A stretch of 64,000 nucleotides of DNA from a virus, in IMG/VR virus record IMGVR_UViG_3300044712_000792, positions 1-64,000 of that record; one strand, given 5' to 3'. How positions within the stretch are numbered: the stretch's first letter is position 1; the number at the start of each line of letters is the position of its first letter. This document shows, piece after piece, positions 29,522 to 38,592 of this stretch. The translations under genes were made by a program, and so were the position numbers. The notes under the pieces were generated by a model. The model was not told the origin of the DNA, searched no databases, and was given only the letters and a program-made list of their open reading frames with translations.

Positions 29522-30004
29522 ATGTGTTGTCCTACAAACGCTTATAGTATTGCTATGTTAAAGAAAAAGTCAGCTAAAGGCTTTGACATAAATAAGGTTG
29601 AAGTCAGACAGCCAAGAACGAGAATGGAAATTATTAATGAATTGACAACTTTATTGGACAACAAACTCTATGTATATGGTTGGCAGGCTGTTGATTTATT
29701 TTCGTATTCATTACAAAAACCAAAAGATATGATTAGAAAAAGAAGTTGTAAACCAAGTGACTATCAAATATTTAGGCTATTTGTTGCTTACTATAAGGAC
29801 AAACCTATTGGTTGGTTGGTTGAAACTAAATGGGTGCAATCTCTTTGGAGAGATAAAGAAGTATGGCAATACACAAAACCATATTTTAGAAATAAAGGTG
29901 TGGCTAAATTGTTGTCTCAAATGGCAGGGTATGATAAAAGAATGTATGAAAGCAAGGAGGAATTTGAAAATGACGAAATACAGATTAAAGCAGATAAATG
30001 CTGA
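29522..30004 (+). CDS. Possible GNAT-fold protein
   Basis: FVAYYKDKPIGW...KPYFRNKGVAKLL resembles acetyl-CoA-binding motif A. Confidence 0.5.
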   Translation: MCCPTNAYSIAMLKKKSAKGFDINKVEVRQPRTRMEIINELTTLLDNKLYVYGWQAVDLFSYSLQKPKDMIRKRSCKPSDYQIFRLFVAYYKDKPIGWLVETKWVQSLWRDKEVWQYTKPYFRNKGVAKLLSQMAGYDKRMYESKEEFENDEIQIKADKC

Positions 30005-30224
30005 TTGTTATGTTATTGAAAAGGAATTTATAGATAGTGACGGTAGGGCTTATTGGCAAGAATGTAATGACCGTGGTTATCATGTTACAGGCGCTACTCT
30101 ACAAGAAACAAACGATGAGGTAGTTTTGTATTGGGGGGATGAGGGTAGAGAAGATGCCATTGCTATGATTGAATTTTGGCTTAAGTACCCCGATGGTTTT
30201 GTTGTTTATGAAGCAGGAGTATAA
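29970..30224 (+). CDS. Hypothetical protein (paralog of next ORF)
   Basis: MTKYRLKQIN...YVIE. Confidence 0.55.
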   Translation: MTKYRLKQINADCYVIEKEFIDSDGRAYWQECNDRGYHVTGATLQETNDEVVLYWGDEGREDAIAMIEFWLKYPDGFVVYEAGV

Positions 30225-30225
30225 A

Positions 30226-30465
30226 ATGGGAAAGTATAGAGTTAGACAGGTTAATCCATCAGAATATGTAGTCGAGGGTTTTATTTATTCGCATACTGAC
30301 GAAGGTGTTGAAATATGGAATTGGTTGCCTATTGATAAATGGGGGTCTGTATGTAACTGTGTTTTGGCAACTTGTATTTTCACAGATTTAAGAAAAGCAA
30401 AACAAATGGCTGAATTTAAAGCTACAGATGAACAAGACAATATAATATTTGAAATTGGAGAGTAA
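30226..30465 (+). CDS. Hypothetical protein (paralog of previous ORF)
   Basis: MGKYRVRQVN...YVVE. Confidence 0.55.
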   Translation: MGKYRVRQVNPSEYVVEGFIYSHTDEGVEIWNWLPIDKWGSVCNCVLATCIFTDLRKAKQMAEFKATDEQDNIIFEIGE

Positions 30466-30808
30466 AATGATGACATTTCTGTTGGTTTTGGGTGTGTGTA
30501 TATTGTGTGGTGTTACCAGATGGTTTGTCAATAAGTACCTTATGATTAAGCCATACAACCCAATAGAAATACAATTCCGGAGTTTTGAAATACTTAATAC
30601 TGACTGTCCTTTTGCCACCCCATTAATGGATAGAGATGTTGAAGGGAAGCCAGAAGTTATTGGGAGTTGTTGTACTTTAGTGATGAAAAAAGCATGTTCA
30701 GAGACGATATGCCCATTGCTTAAAATCTATGATGAACGAGGAGAAGAAGGGGATTATTGATTAATAAAATCCTATACTTAATTTTTTGTTTAATGTGTTT
30801 TACAATAT

Positions 30809-31033
30809 ATGGTGATTCTTTGGTGGCTTACAAGTCTGCTTGCAATTCTTGGTAGCATCCTTAATATAAGAAAAAACTATTGGTGTTTTGTTATTTGGAT
30901 TATAACGAACTTGGTCTGGGGTTTTGTTGACCTAATCAATAAAAACCCTAGATGCTTGTTCTTTTTTGTAGGTATAGGTATGTGTATTTGGGGATTATTA
31001 AAATGGGTAAAAGAAAGGAAAACCGATGGATAA
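30809..31033 (+). CDS. Small 3-TM PnuC-like membrane protein
   Basis: Three hydrophobic helices; K..WCFVIWIITN and GLLKW pattern. Confidence 0.6.
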   Translation: MVILWWLTSLLAILGSILNIRKNYWCFVIWIITNLVWGFVDLINKNPRCLFFFVGIGMCIWGLLKWVKERKTDG

Positions 31034-31820
31034 AATAGCCTTTTGGATTATCACTTACAAAGACATATCAAACATTAAACCGATGGTAGAAAAAATTTCA
31101 GAGATTACCAACTTTCCCTTTAGTATTCAGATACTTGACAACACAGATGATGACCCAACAATACTAGAATCTTTGAAAGCTATTGAGACTGAATACAAAG
31201 AAAAGGGTGTAGATATAACAATTCATACCGCTGGAAAAAATTTGTATTGGAGTAAGGGTATGAATTATCTAGACGAAAACACAGAATTTACTCCGTATGT
31301 AATTTATCTGTGTTCTAGGCATATCACAATCAATGACATTAGTGGCTTTGATGATATGATAAACGCACTAAAAGATAATCCTAAAGCTGCACAGTCTGGT
31401 AGAGTTGCTAGATGTGCTGGTCTATATTACTTTAAGGCACAGAACGCACCTTACCCACCACCTCCAGAGAAGTTTCTACATACTTTTCCTAGATTTCTCC
31501 CTAAATTAGAAGGTAAGTTTAGTAGATTAGAGATATTCAAAGGTGGTAGGATTTATACCCATGTTCAAGGTGGTTTGTTTGCTTTTAACAGACAGATTTT
31601 AAGAGATGTAACTGGCTATGATGAAGTTTTAGTTCATTATTATTCTGACCTTGAAATGGGGGTCAGACTACAATGTTACGGATATGACCTAGTTAATGTT
31701 CCAACTATTTATAGTGCAATAACAAACATAGAAGTTATACCTAAAGGTGAGTTTAAGATAATGCACTCCTATGCAGACCAGAAAGTAGAAGGAGCGGAGA
31801 CAGCTAATGAAAGACCTTAA
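31026..31820 (+). CDS. Glycosyltransferase, GT-A/GT2-like
   Basis: ILDN, NLYWSKGMN, GYDE...YYSDLEMGVRL..GY. Confidence 0.75.
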   Translation: MDKIAFWIITYKDISNIKPMVEKISEITNFPFSIQILDNTDDDPTILESLKAIETEYKEKGVDITIHTAGKNLYWSKGMNYLDENTEFTPYVIYLCSRHITINDISGFDDMINALKDNPKAAQSGRVARCAGLYYFKAQNAPYPPPPEKFLHTFPRFLPKLEGKFSRLEIFKGGRIYTHVQGGLFAFNRQILRDVTGYDEVLVHYYSDLEMGVRLQCYGYDLVNVPTIYSAITNIEVIPKGEFKIMHSYADQKVEGAETANERP

Positions 31821-33006
31821 AGTTTTGTATAGTATTTCAGATGTTAATGGTTGTTCATTTTATCGTATGTTTGTTCCAGCTTCAGCATTAAGACGAGATA
31901 ATGTAAATGCTATTATAACAAATTTGAGTGATGCTAATATCAATACTGATGATGAAGATATTTGTATTATTCAAAGGCAATATCTACCAGAAGCATTTGA
32001 AGCTATTATCCGTAAAAGGCAAAAAGGTATTAAGATTGTTGGAGAATTGGACGACAACTTCTGGAACATACCTAAAGAGAATAGTAACAGATTTGCTTAT
32101 GATAGCAGTTTTATAAAGCAACAGGAAGAAAAAGCTAGACAAGAAGGTAAATTAGGGGAAGGGCAGCATTTCCTTGATACAAAACATTTCTTGACAGAAT
32201 TTATAAGAATGTGTGATGCTGTAATAGTATCTACATATTCGTTAGCCAATGTCATAAAACAGTTTAATAAGCATGTATATGTGTCTTACAATTATCTAGC
32301 CGATGATTTGTTCTTTTACATTAACCCACCACTTAAGATAGTTAAAGGAGAAAAGATAAGGATATTGTGGACAGGTTCACCCACGCACGATGGTGATGTT
32401 CCTTTCGCTATTGAGGCTATTAAAAACCTTATTAGAAAAGGGAACAACATACAATTTGTTATTCTTGGAACACCTCCTATGCAGTATTCTCCAGAATTTG
32501 TAATAGATGAAACACTTGAAATTCACCATCCAATAACTCCAGTTCCTTCTTATTATCATTATCTCCAAACTATACCAGCACATATTGGTATAGCACCTTT
32601 AGCCAAAAACGCTTTTAACGACTGTAAGAGTTGGATTAAGGGGTTGGAATATGGTATGAGTGGGTATTGCCCTCTATTGCAGAAGTCTAACCCATACTCG
32701 TCATTAGCGTATGAATTAGGGTATAGAATACCTCTAGTTGAAAAGAACACAACTCCTGCCTGGGAAGGTGCTTTACAACATTTAATTGAAGATACTGAAT
32801 ACACTTATAATACTGCTTGTAAATTCCAAAAAGATGTTGTAACTAAATTTGGTGCGTTCGCCCATAGAAATGATTATCGTGATTTATTTGATAAGATAAT
32901 GCACCTAGAACACAATCAGTATATGCCTAAACAATTACCATTGAGAACACCCCCTCCTACTGATGGCACTCCTATAGCAGCATACACAAAAGTAGTAACT
33001 TCATAA
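31807..33006 (+). CDS. Glycosyltransferase, GT-B/GT4-like
   Basis: GCSFYR, ELDD, DAVIVST, WTGSPTH, IGIAPL...FN.CKS.IK.LEY. Confidence 0.82.
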   Translation: MKDLKVLYSISDVNGCSFYRMFVPASALRRDNVNAIITNLSDANINTDDEDICIIQRQYLPEAFEAIIRKRQKGIKIVGELDDNFWNIPKENSNRFAYDSSFIKQQEEKARQEGKLGEGQHFLDTKHFLTEFIRMCDAVIVSTYSLANVIKQFNKHVYVSYNYLADDLFFYINPPLKIVKGEKIRILWTGSPTHDGDVPFAIEAIKNLIRKGNNIQFVILGTPPMQYSPEFVIDETLEIHHPITPVPSYYHYLQTIPAHIGIAPLAKNAFNDCKSWIKGLEYGMSGYCPLLQKSNPYSSLAYELGYRIPLVEKNTTPAWEGALQHLIEDTEYTYNTACKFQKDVVTKFGAFAHRNDYRDLFDKIMHLEHNQYMPKQLPLRTPPPTDGTPIAAYTKVVTS

Positions 33007-33008
33007 TT

Positions 33009-33033
33009 TTATTGTGTATTTGTTTTATAATAT
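33009..33033 (+). promoter_or_regulatory. Recurrent phage promoter-like motif (copy)
   Basis: TTATTGTGTATTTGTTTTATAATAT. Confidence 0.75.
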
Positions 33034-33045
33034 GAGGGAGGTTGA

Positions 33046-34296
33046 ATGTTTGTTCCTAGATTATTGTTTGAAGATACTGATGACATTCCATTGACCCTTG
33101 AAAATGGGGATAAAGGTATAAATGTATTAAGCCTTTTTGATGGAATAAGTTGTGCTAGACTTGCATTAGATAAAGCAAACATAAAGGTAAATACTTATTA
33201 TGCCTCTGAAATTGACAAGTATGCTATTGCTATTTCCAAAAAGAATTACCCAAGCATTATACCTATTGGTTGTGTGGAAAACATAAGTTTTATAGATAAT
33301 ACTTTAATATCACATATTGACGATATGATAACTTTCAAAAATCCTAGTATTGATTTGATTATAGGTGGTAGTCCTTGTCAAGACCTTTCAATAGCAAATA
33401 AGGGTAGGGAAGGTTTGGCGGGTAAAAGGTCAGGTCTGTTTTGGGAGTATGTAAGAATAGTAAAAGAAATAAGGCCAAAGTATTTCATATTGGAAAATGT
33501 AGCCTCAATGCCTAAAGAAGCTAAAATGGTTATTACAGAAGCATTGTTTGGTGTTACTCCTAATATTATAAATGCTTCTTTAGTTTCGGCACAGCAAAGG
33601 AAAAGGCTGTTTTGGGTCGGAGTTAAAAATGGAGATACTTATGATTCTGTTCTAATCCCACAGCCTACCGATAAAGGAATTATGCTTAAAGATATAATAG
33701 TCAATGAGGTTGATGAGAAATACATTATTTCAGATAAGCATTATGAACGAATGAAAAGCCATAATAAGAACTTTAAGGTTAGAGATTTGGATGGTAAAAC
33801 AACTACTATTATAGCTTCTTATTATAAAATACCTTCAGATGGTAACTATGTGCGAGTAGCAAAAGCACCAAACGGTAAAATATTGGTGATACATATGGAC
33901 AAGACACCCCATTCTTTTAAAGAAGTAAGAACAGATATAGGGAAAGCAAAGAGAAGAGAACATAGAAAATTGACTGGTGAAGATACTACAAGGCGTGGTA
34001 TAGATGATAAAATGTATATTCCAAACACTTCTGGTAAAGCTAACTGTGCCACAACAGCAGTAGGTGTAGAAGGTTTAATAGCCGATACTGATTATGTTAG
34101 AAAGCTATTACCTATTGAGTTTGAAAGATTACAATGCATCCCTGATTATTATACTGCTTTAGGTATAGATGAATTGGGAAAAGAAATAGAGATTAGTGAT
34201 ACCCAAAGATATAAAACATTGGGAAATTCGTTCAACGCAGAGGTAGTAGCACATATTTTCCGTTACATATCGCAGAAAGAATATAAATCTGCGTAA
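33046..34296 (+). CDS. DNA (cytosine-5) methyltransferase
   Basis: SLFDGI, GGSPCQD, LENV, QQRKRLF, ERLQ, LGNSF. Confidence 0.95.
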   Translation: MFVPRLLFEDTDDIPLTLENGDKGINVLSLFDGISCARLALDKANIKVNTYYASEIDKYAIAISKKNYPSIIPIGCVENISFIDNTLISHIDDMITFKNPSIDLIIGGSPCQDLSIANKGREGLAGKRSGLFWEYVRIVKEIRPKYFILENVASMPKEAKMVITEALFGVTPNIINASLVSAQQRKRLFWVGVKNGDTYDSVLIPQPTDKGIMLKDIIVNEVDEKYIISDKHYERMKSHNKNFKVRDLDGKTTTIIASYYKIPSDGNYVRVAKAPNGKILVIHMDKTPHSFKEVRTDIGKAKRREHRKLTGEDTTRRGIDDKMYIPNTSGKANCATTAVGVEGLIADTDYVRKLLPIEFERLQCIPDYYTALGIDELGKEIEISDTQRYKTLGNSFNAEVVAHIFRYISQKEYKSA

Positions 34297-34307
34297 AAAT
34301 AGTCCGT

Positions 34308-34381
34308 AGGCGGTTGGTGAAATAGTATCACAGATGGCTTTGACCCATCAGTCGTTGGAGCGTAACCAGCACCGCCTGCCA
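34308..34381 (+). tRNA. trnQ: tRNA-Gln(UUG) with encoded CCA
   Basis: Acceptor AGGCGGT/ACCGCCT, D stem GTGA/TCAC, anticodon stem GATGG/CCATC with loop CTTTGAC, T stem GTTGG/CCAGC, 3' G-CCA. Confidence 0.9.
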
Positions 34382-34432
34382 ATATCTACAATATATAGTC
34401 CTATTACTAAACGCAACCACAATTAGTGCTAC

Positions 34433-34461
34433 TTGACAAAATCAAGTTTTTGATACATATT
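34433..34461 (+). promoter_or_regulatory. Host sigma70-type promoter
   Basis: TTGACA-N17-CATATT upstream of GGAGGTG SD. Confidence 0.6.
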
Positions 34462-34500
34462 ATATATGCAAGGCAATGGATGCCTTGAGGGAGGTGGCAG

Positions 34501-35517
34501 ATGAAAAGGACAGAAGGAAATGAAGAAAAGAAGGCCTTGACAAACGCCACCGGAAATGATATATTAGATAGTGGGAGGTTCGGGATGGAAGTAGTAGAGA
34601 AGAAGAAAAGAGGAAGACCTAGGAAGGTTGTTCCTGTTGTTGAAACCATTGTGGAAGAATCTGTAAATGATGTGATGGAGAAGGTTATGGCAAATGTAGA
34701 TGCGGATAACATTACCTTTGATGTCTGTTCTAATTGCGGTTCTATGCTGATTAAAGAAGACAACGAAATGGTTTGTCCTAATTGCGTAGAACTTCCAATT
34801 TCAAAGACTTGTTCAGAGTGTGGTGGATTTCTTATGGAAGTTGATGGAGAGACCATTTGTGGTTCTTGCGGTAAAGTTTTCTCCGACACTCCCAATGTAA
34901 ACGCTTGCTCTGATTGCGGTGGTGTCATCTTTACCGAGGAAGACGAGAGCATGTGTTCTTGCTGTGGGAAGGTGTTCTTCGTAAAAGAAGCAAAGGAAGA
35001 AGTTGTTGTGAATGAGGTATTTACCGATGAATTGGCAAATATCATCAAGTCAGAACATCAGCTTTTTTCTAATCTTGCTTCTAAATACGCCAATTCCTTC
35101 ACTGGCGATAAGGAAGACTTGTATAACGACTTGGTAATCAAGACTTACGAAATCTACAATGCCAAGGCAAGCCAGTTCTGCGGTTACAATGCGGACTTCA
35201 GAAACTTCCTTATTAGGTCACTCAAGAACTACTGCCTTAACTCTATTTCCTACGCTAATAGGCACGGAAATAAGGAAGCCAATGAAATACCCGAAAACTA
35301 CCACAAGGCTTCCACTACGATTGAATACAACGACCTTACGGCAAGGGAAAGGTATTTGATAGAGGTATTTGATGTCCTAGATACAGAGAAGTATAACATC
35401 AAGAAGTGGGACGACAAACGCCTTCTAAATACCGTCTGTGTGGATATAGCTGAAAAAGAGAACACAGACCCTCACTACATCTTGAGAGAGTTTAAGGTTC
35501 TAGCTTCTAAACTATAA
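34501..35517 (+). CDS. AT-hook + three zinc ribbons + sigma70 region-2-like regulator
   Basis: KKRGRPRK; three CxxC-x12-CxxC units; LASKY...DKEDLYND...FRNFLIRSLKNYCLN. Confidence 0.65.
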   Translation: MKRTEGNEEKKALTNATGNDILDSGRFGMEVVEKKKRGRPRKVVPVVETIVEESVNDVMEKVMANVDADNITFDVCSNCGSMLIKEDNEMVCPNCVELPISKTCSECGGFLMEVDGETICGSCGKVFSDTPNVNACSDCGGVIFTEEDESMCSCCGKVFFVKEAKEEVVVNEVFTDELANIIKSEHQLFSNLASKYANSFTGDKEDLYNDLVIKTYEIYNAKASQFCGYNADFRNFLIRSLKNYCLNSISYANRHGNKEANEIPENYHKASTTIEYNDLTARERYLIEVFDVLDTEKYNIKKWDDKRLLNTVCVDIAEKENTDPHYILREFKVLASKL

Positions 35518-35559
35518 CCTTAACATTGCTTGGATTGGCTATTGAAAGGAGAGTGTGCG

Positions 35560-36015
35560 ATGAAAGTAGAACTCAAGAACCTCGAAGGACACGACGGACA
35601 CGATAGCTTTTGCTTCAGAGCAACCCTTTATGTTGATGGGGTTAAAAGTGGCGATGTAACCAATGATGGCAATGGTGGTTGTCATATGTTTGATGATTGG
35701 AATGTTGCCAAAAAGCTAAATGAGTATGCCAAAACCTTACCCAAAAACAAATTTCCAGCAGAGTTGGGTGGTGGGGAATATGAACAGAGTGCAGACTCTT
35801 TGGTTGATGATGCTATTGATGCTTACTTTAAAGCTAAAGACGAGAAGAAATTCAAAAAGGCTTTGGAAACTATGACACTTTTCACGCTACCCGAAGATAA
35901 AGCTAAAGGTATTGCCTATAGGTCTCTTAAAGCACCTTATAGCGAAAAGACAAAAAGCTTCATTCTGTCAAAATTTCCCAATGCTACCATTTTGAATGAG
36001 GGAGGTAGAAAATGA
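35560..36015 (+). CDS. Hypothetical protein
   Basis: AAGGAG SD; CFRATLYVDG...NDGNGG. Confidence 0.65.
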   Translation: MKVELKNLEGHDGHDSFCFRATLYVDGVKSGDVTNDGNGGCHMFDDWNVAKKLNEYAKTLPKNKFPAELGGGEYEQSADSLVDDAIDAYFKAKDEKKFKKALETMTLFTLPEDKAKGIAYRSLKAPYSEKTKSFILSKFPNATILNEGGRK

Positions 36016-36278
36016 AAAAGTACATTGTTTGGGACAGAACCGATGAAGGAGAATCTAAACCCGATGTTAGAGAGGCTGTGGAGGCTGTAGTTCCAAAAGA
36101 AAGAATCAATGTATTTAAACTTTGTTGGTATTTAATTATCAACAAGCGTTTTCGCTTCTTTCTTGAAGAAACACTTAAATATGCCTTAAGACATTCTGAT
36201 AGCTATTGTGGTGAAGGTGCAAGCGATGTAATATTGTTTAGGCATACGAAAGCCTACGGAAAAATATGGAAAAACTAA
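36012..36278 (+). CDS. Hypothetical protein
   Basis: GGAGG SD; ATGA overlap. Confidence 0.55.
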   Translation: MKKYIVWDRTDEGESKPDVREAVEAVVPKERINVFKLCWYLIINKRFRFFLEETLKYALRHSDSYCGEGASDVILFRHTKAYGKIWKN

Positions 36279-36301
36279 ATAGATGTTAGCGTTTTGTAGG
36301 T

Positions 36302-36331
36302 AAGGGTTGGTAGAAATATCAACCCTTTTTT
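36302..36331 (+). terminator. Rho-independent terminator
   Basis: AAGGGTTGGTA-GAAA-TATCAACCCTT followed by T run. Confidence 0.85.
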
Positions 36332-36353
36332 ATTATGTATTTGTTTTAATAAG
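36330..36353 (+). promoter_or_regulatory. Recurrent phage promoter-like motif (copy)
   Basis: TTATTATGTATTTGTTTTAATAAG directly after terminator. Confidence 0.75.
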
Positions 36354-36365
36354 TAGGAGGTTGTA

Positions 36366-36632
36366 GTGACTACAATAACAGATGAACAATTGAAAAATTT
36401 AGCTAATTTAATAGAAGACATAAAAAGAGAGAACAGTAGACAAATTGATAAGTGGGGAGTTCAAAGCTGTTCACCCTTTGAGTGGATTACTTGGTTGACA
36501 GAAGAAACAGGTGAATTAGCACAAGCAGTTTCAGAACATTATTATAGAGGAAAGCCCAAAGAAGAGATATATAAAGAAGCCATACAAGTTGCATCTTTAG
36601 CATTAAAAATTGCGGAAATTCATAGGAGTTAA
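36366..36632 (+). CDS. MazG-like all-alpha NTP pyrophosphatase
   Basis: LTEETGELAQAV...KEAIQVASLA. Confidence 0.7.
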   Translation: MTTITDEQLKNLANLIEDIKRENSRQIDKWGVQSCSPFEWITWLTEETGELAQAVSEHYYRGKPKEEIYKEAIQVASLALKIAEIHRS

Positions 36633-36636
36633 TGTG

Positions 36637-36990
36637 ATGGATTTTATGAAAATGTATATTCTAGAGGGTAAAGTACCTGTTGTTTGTGAAGATAGAACAA
36701 AATATCTTGAATGGTTTTCAAACCATTTACGCAGAAGAGTGGCAAAAACAGAGAAAAATGATATAGTTGTTAGTACGGTTTTTTTAGGACTTAATCACGG
36801 AATAGATGCAGCCAAACCAATACTATTTGAAACTATGGTATTTGGAGGTAAGTTTGATTCATATGCTGAACGCTATAGTACATGGGAAGAAGCGGAACGA
36901 GGTCACGAAAATATGGTAAATCTAGTGTTTCCGAAAGTTTGGTGGGAAAAAATATTAGAAGCTATCTTTAGGTTTTTTAAGGAGGAATAG
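36637..36990 (+). CDS. Hypothetical phage protein
   Basis: VSTVFLGLNH...LFETMVFGG...RYSTWEEA..GH. Confidence 0.65.
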   Translation: MDFMKMYILEGKVPVVCEDRTKYLEWFSNHLRRRVAKTEKNDIVVSTVFLGLNHGIDAAKPILFETMVFGGKFDSYAERYSTWEEAERGHENMVNLVFPKVWWEKILEAIFRFFKEE

Positions 36991-37521
36991 ATGAATTATA
37001 TAGTTTTTGATTTAGAGGCTACATGTTGGAAAGAAGAACCATATAAAAAAGATATGGAAACTATTGAAATAGGTGCAGTTAAATTCAACGACAAGGGTGA
37101 AGTTATTGATGTGTTTGATGTTTATATTAAACCAACATTAAACCCTATTCTATCAGACTTTTGTAAGGAATTAACTCACATAACGCAAGAAACTGTTGAC
37201 AATGCTAAAAACGGCAAAGAAGTCATAGAACGCTTTAGGTCTTGGGTTGGTGGGGGTTGGCTGTGTTCTTGGGGTTGGTATGACAAAAGACAACTTAAAA
37301 TGGATTGCAAATTACACGGCATAGATGCTGATTGGCTTAAAAACCACATTAGTGTAAAGCATCAGTACATGGAAATGAAAGGTCTTGAAAAGTGTGGTTT
37401 AGGTAAAGCTATGGAATTAGAAGGTATTAAATTTTCAGGAACTCCACACAATGGATTTGATGATGCCTACAATATTGGTGTTATATTTCAGAAATATTTT
37501 GACAAATGGATATTTAAATGA
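36991..37521 (+). CDS. DEDDh 3'-5' exonuclease (ERI-1/KapD-like)
   Basis: FDLEATC, IEIGAV, SWG.YD, H..FDDA. Confidence 0.92.
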   Translation: MNYIVFDLEATCWKEEPYKKDMETIEIGAVKFNDKGEVIDVFDVYIKPTLNPILSDFCKELTHITQETVDNAKNGKEVIERFRSWVGGGWLCSWGWYDKRQLKMDCKLHGIDADWLKNHISVKHQYMEMKGLEKCGLGKAMELEGIKFSGTPHNGFDDAYNIGVIFQKYFDKWIFK

Positions 37522-38592
37522 TTATCCGTAAGTGATGATTTCTGTCATAATATCTACCTTACCTGCTGTTGCCTCTGTAAATGTTAAGGTAAAGTATGTG
37601 ACATAGTTTGTCAATGTATAATTAGCTTCTGGAACTACATCACTATTTGCATCCCAAACAACCAAATGCTGTGTTGTGGTCGGTGCATAAGCTATAGTCC
37701 AAGTAGTAGATGCCGTATCTTGTTCATGAGTATATAATTTTTCAATAGTTACAAGTTCTCTTAATTCTTCGGTTGTGGTGGTAGAACTAGCTACTGCTTC
37801 CGAAGCTTTTTTTTGCAAGAAAACAGAAGTAATAGACTTTTCCACTCTTGAGGGTAGGGTTGGTAAATAAGCCTCAAGCGTAAAAGTTGCAGAAGCTCTA
37901 ACCATTCTTTCTGTATCTGCTGCTGCTATTAGACTTGTTTGTGCTATTGTATTATCAAAATGGCATCGTATCACTTCGGCAAAATCTATCTGTGGGGCGT
38001 AAATAGAAAAGTAAAAATCTGGCTGAAATGGAAGGAGAAATTGTTCAGTAAGCATTTGCAATTCTTGCTGATATTTAGTCCAAAAATTAACTGTATATTT
38101 CAAGTCCATCTGTTTATGGACACCTTTACTCTCAACAAATTTCTTCGTTAGGTCATCAAACCACACCCTTCTTTTATGGGAAATAGCCAAAGTCGGACCA
38201 CGATTTACAACCCTAGTGCTGTCAGTTCTTACAAAAGAGATAGCAGGTAGATTTATTCTACCCATCATATTGCCTACGCCTTCCTTCTGATTGGCTGAAA
38301 ATAACCTTTCTGGAACTCCGTAGGTGATATTTGTAACTGGTATTACATCTTGATTAGCGGCATCTAATATCTCAAAACCCTTAAACCACTTCTTGAGCAT
38401 ACCATCATATACCTCTAAAAAGCCACTATAAGCGTTTTTAACACCCCTTGAGTTAAGCCCTAGTATGAAGTCATAGGTAGTCTGTTCTTCGCTTCCTTTC
38501 CATTGATAAGAAGCGTCATAGCCTTCACCCTCATTTTTGATACCTACAGTATAAGATTGAAAGATACCTGGGTTATTAATGCTATCTACCAT
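37522..38592 (-). CDS. Tail sheath terminator/stabiliser (T4 gp15-like) with C-terminal extension
   Basis: ITYGVPE, LPAISFVR, YTVNFWTKYQQELQMLTEQFLLPFQP. Confidence 0.7.
   Translation of the reverse strand: MVDSINNPGIFQSYTVGIKNEGEGYDASYQWKGSEEQTTYDFILGLNSRGVKNAYSGFLEVYDGMLKKWFKGFEILDAANQDVIPVTNITYGVPERLFSANQKEGVGNMMGRINLPAISFVRTDSTRVVNRGPTLAISHKRRVWFDDLTKKFVESKGVHKQMDLKYTVNFWTKYQQELQMLTEQFLLPFQPDFYFSIYAPQIDFAEVIRCHFDNTIAQTSLIAAADTERMVRASATFTLEAYLPTLPSRVEKSITSVFLQKKASEAVASSTTTTEELRELVTIEKLYTHEQDTASTTWTIAYAPTTTQHLVVWDANSDVVPEANYTLTNYVTYFTLTFTEATAGKVDIMTEIITYG

Noticed and set aside
3731-36353. Recurrent motif as the Bacteroidota TAnnTTTG promoter
   Set aside because: Most copies read TGTRTTTG, not TAnnTTTG, and genes use strong GGAGG SD sequences, atypical of that phylum
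22821-36632. Complete Z-base (purZ/datZ/mazZ) cluster
   Set aside because: No PurZ in the window, HD and MazG-like genes are about 13 kb apart, and GATC appears avoided; kept only as a testable possibility
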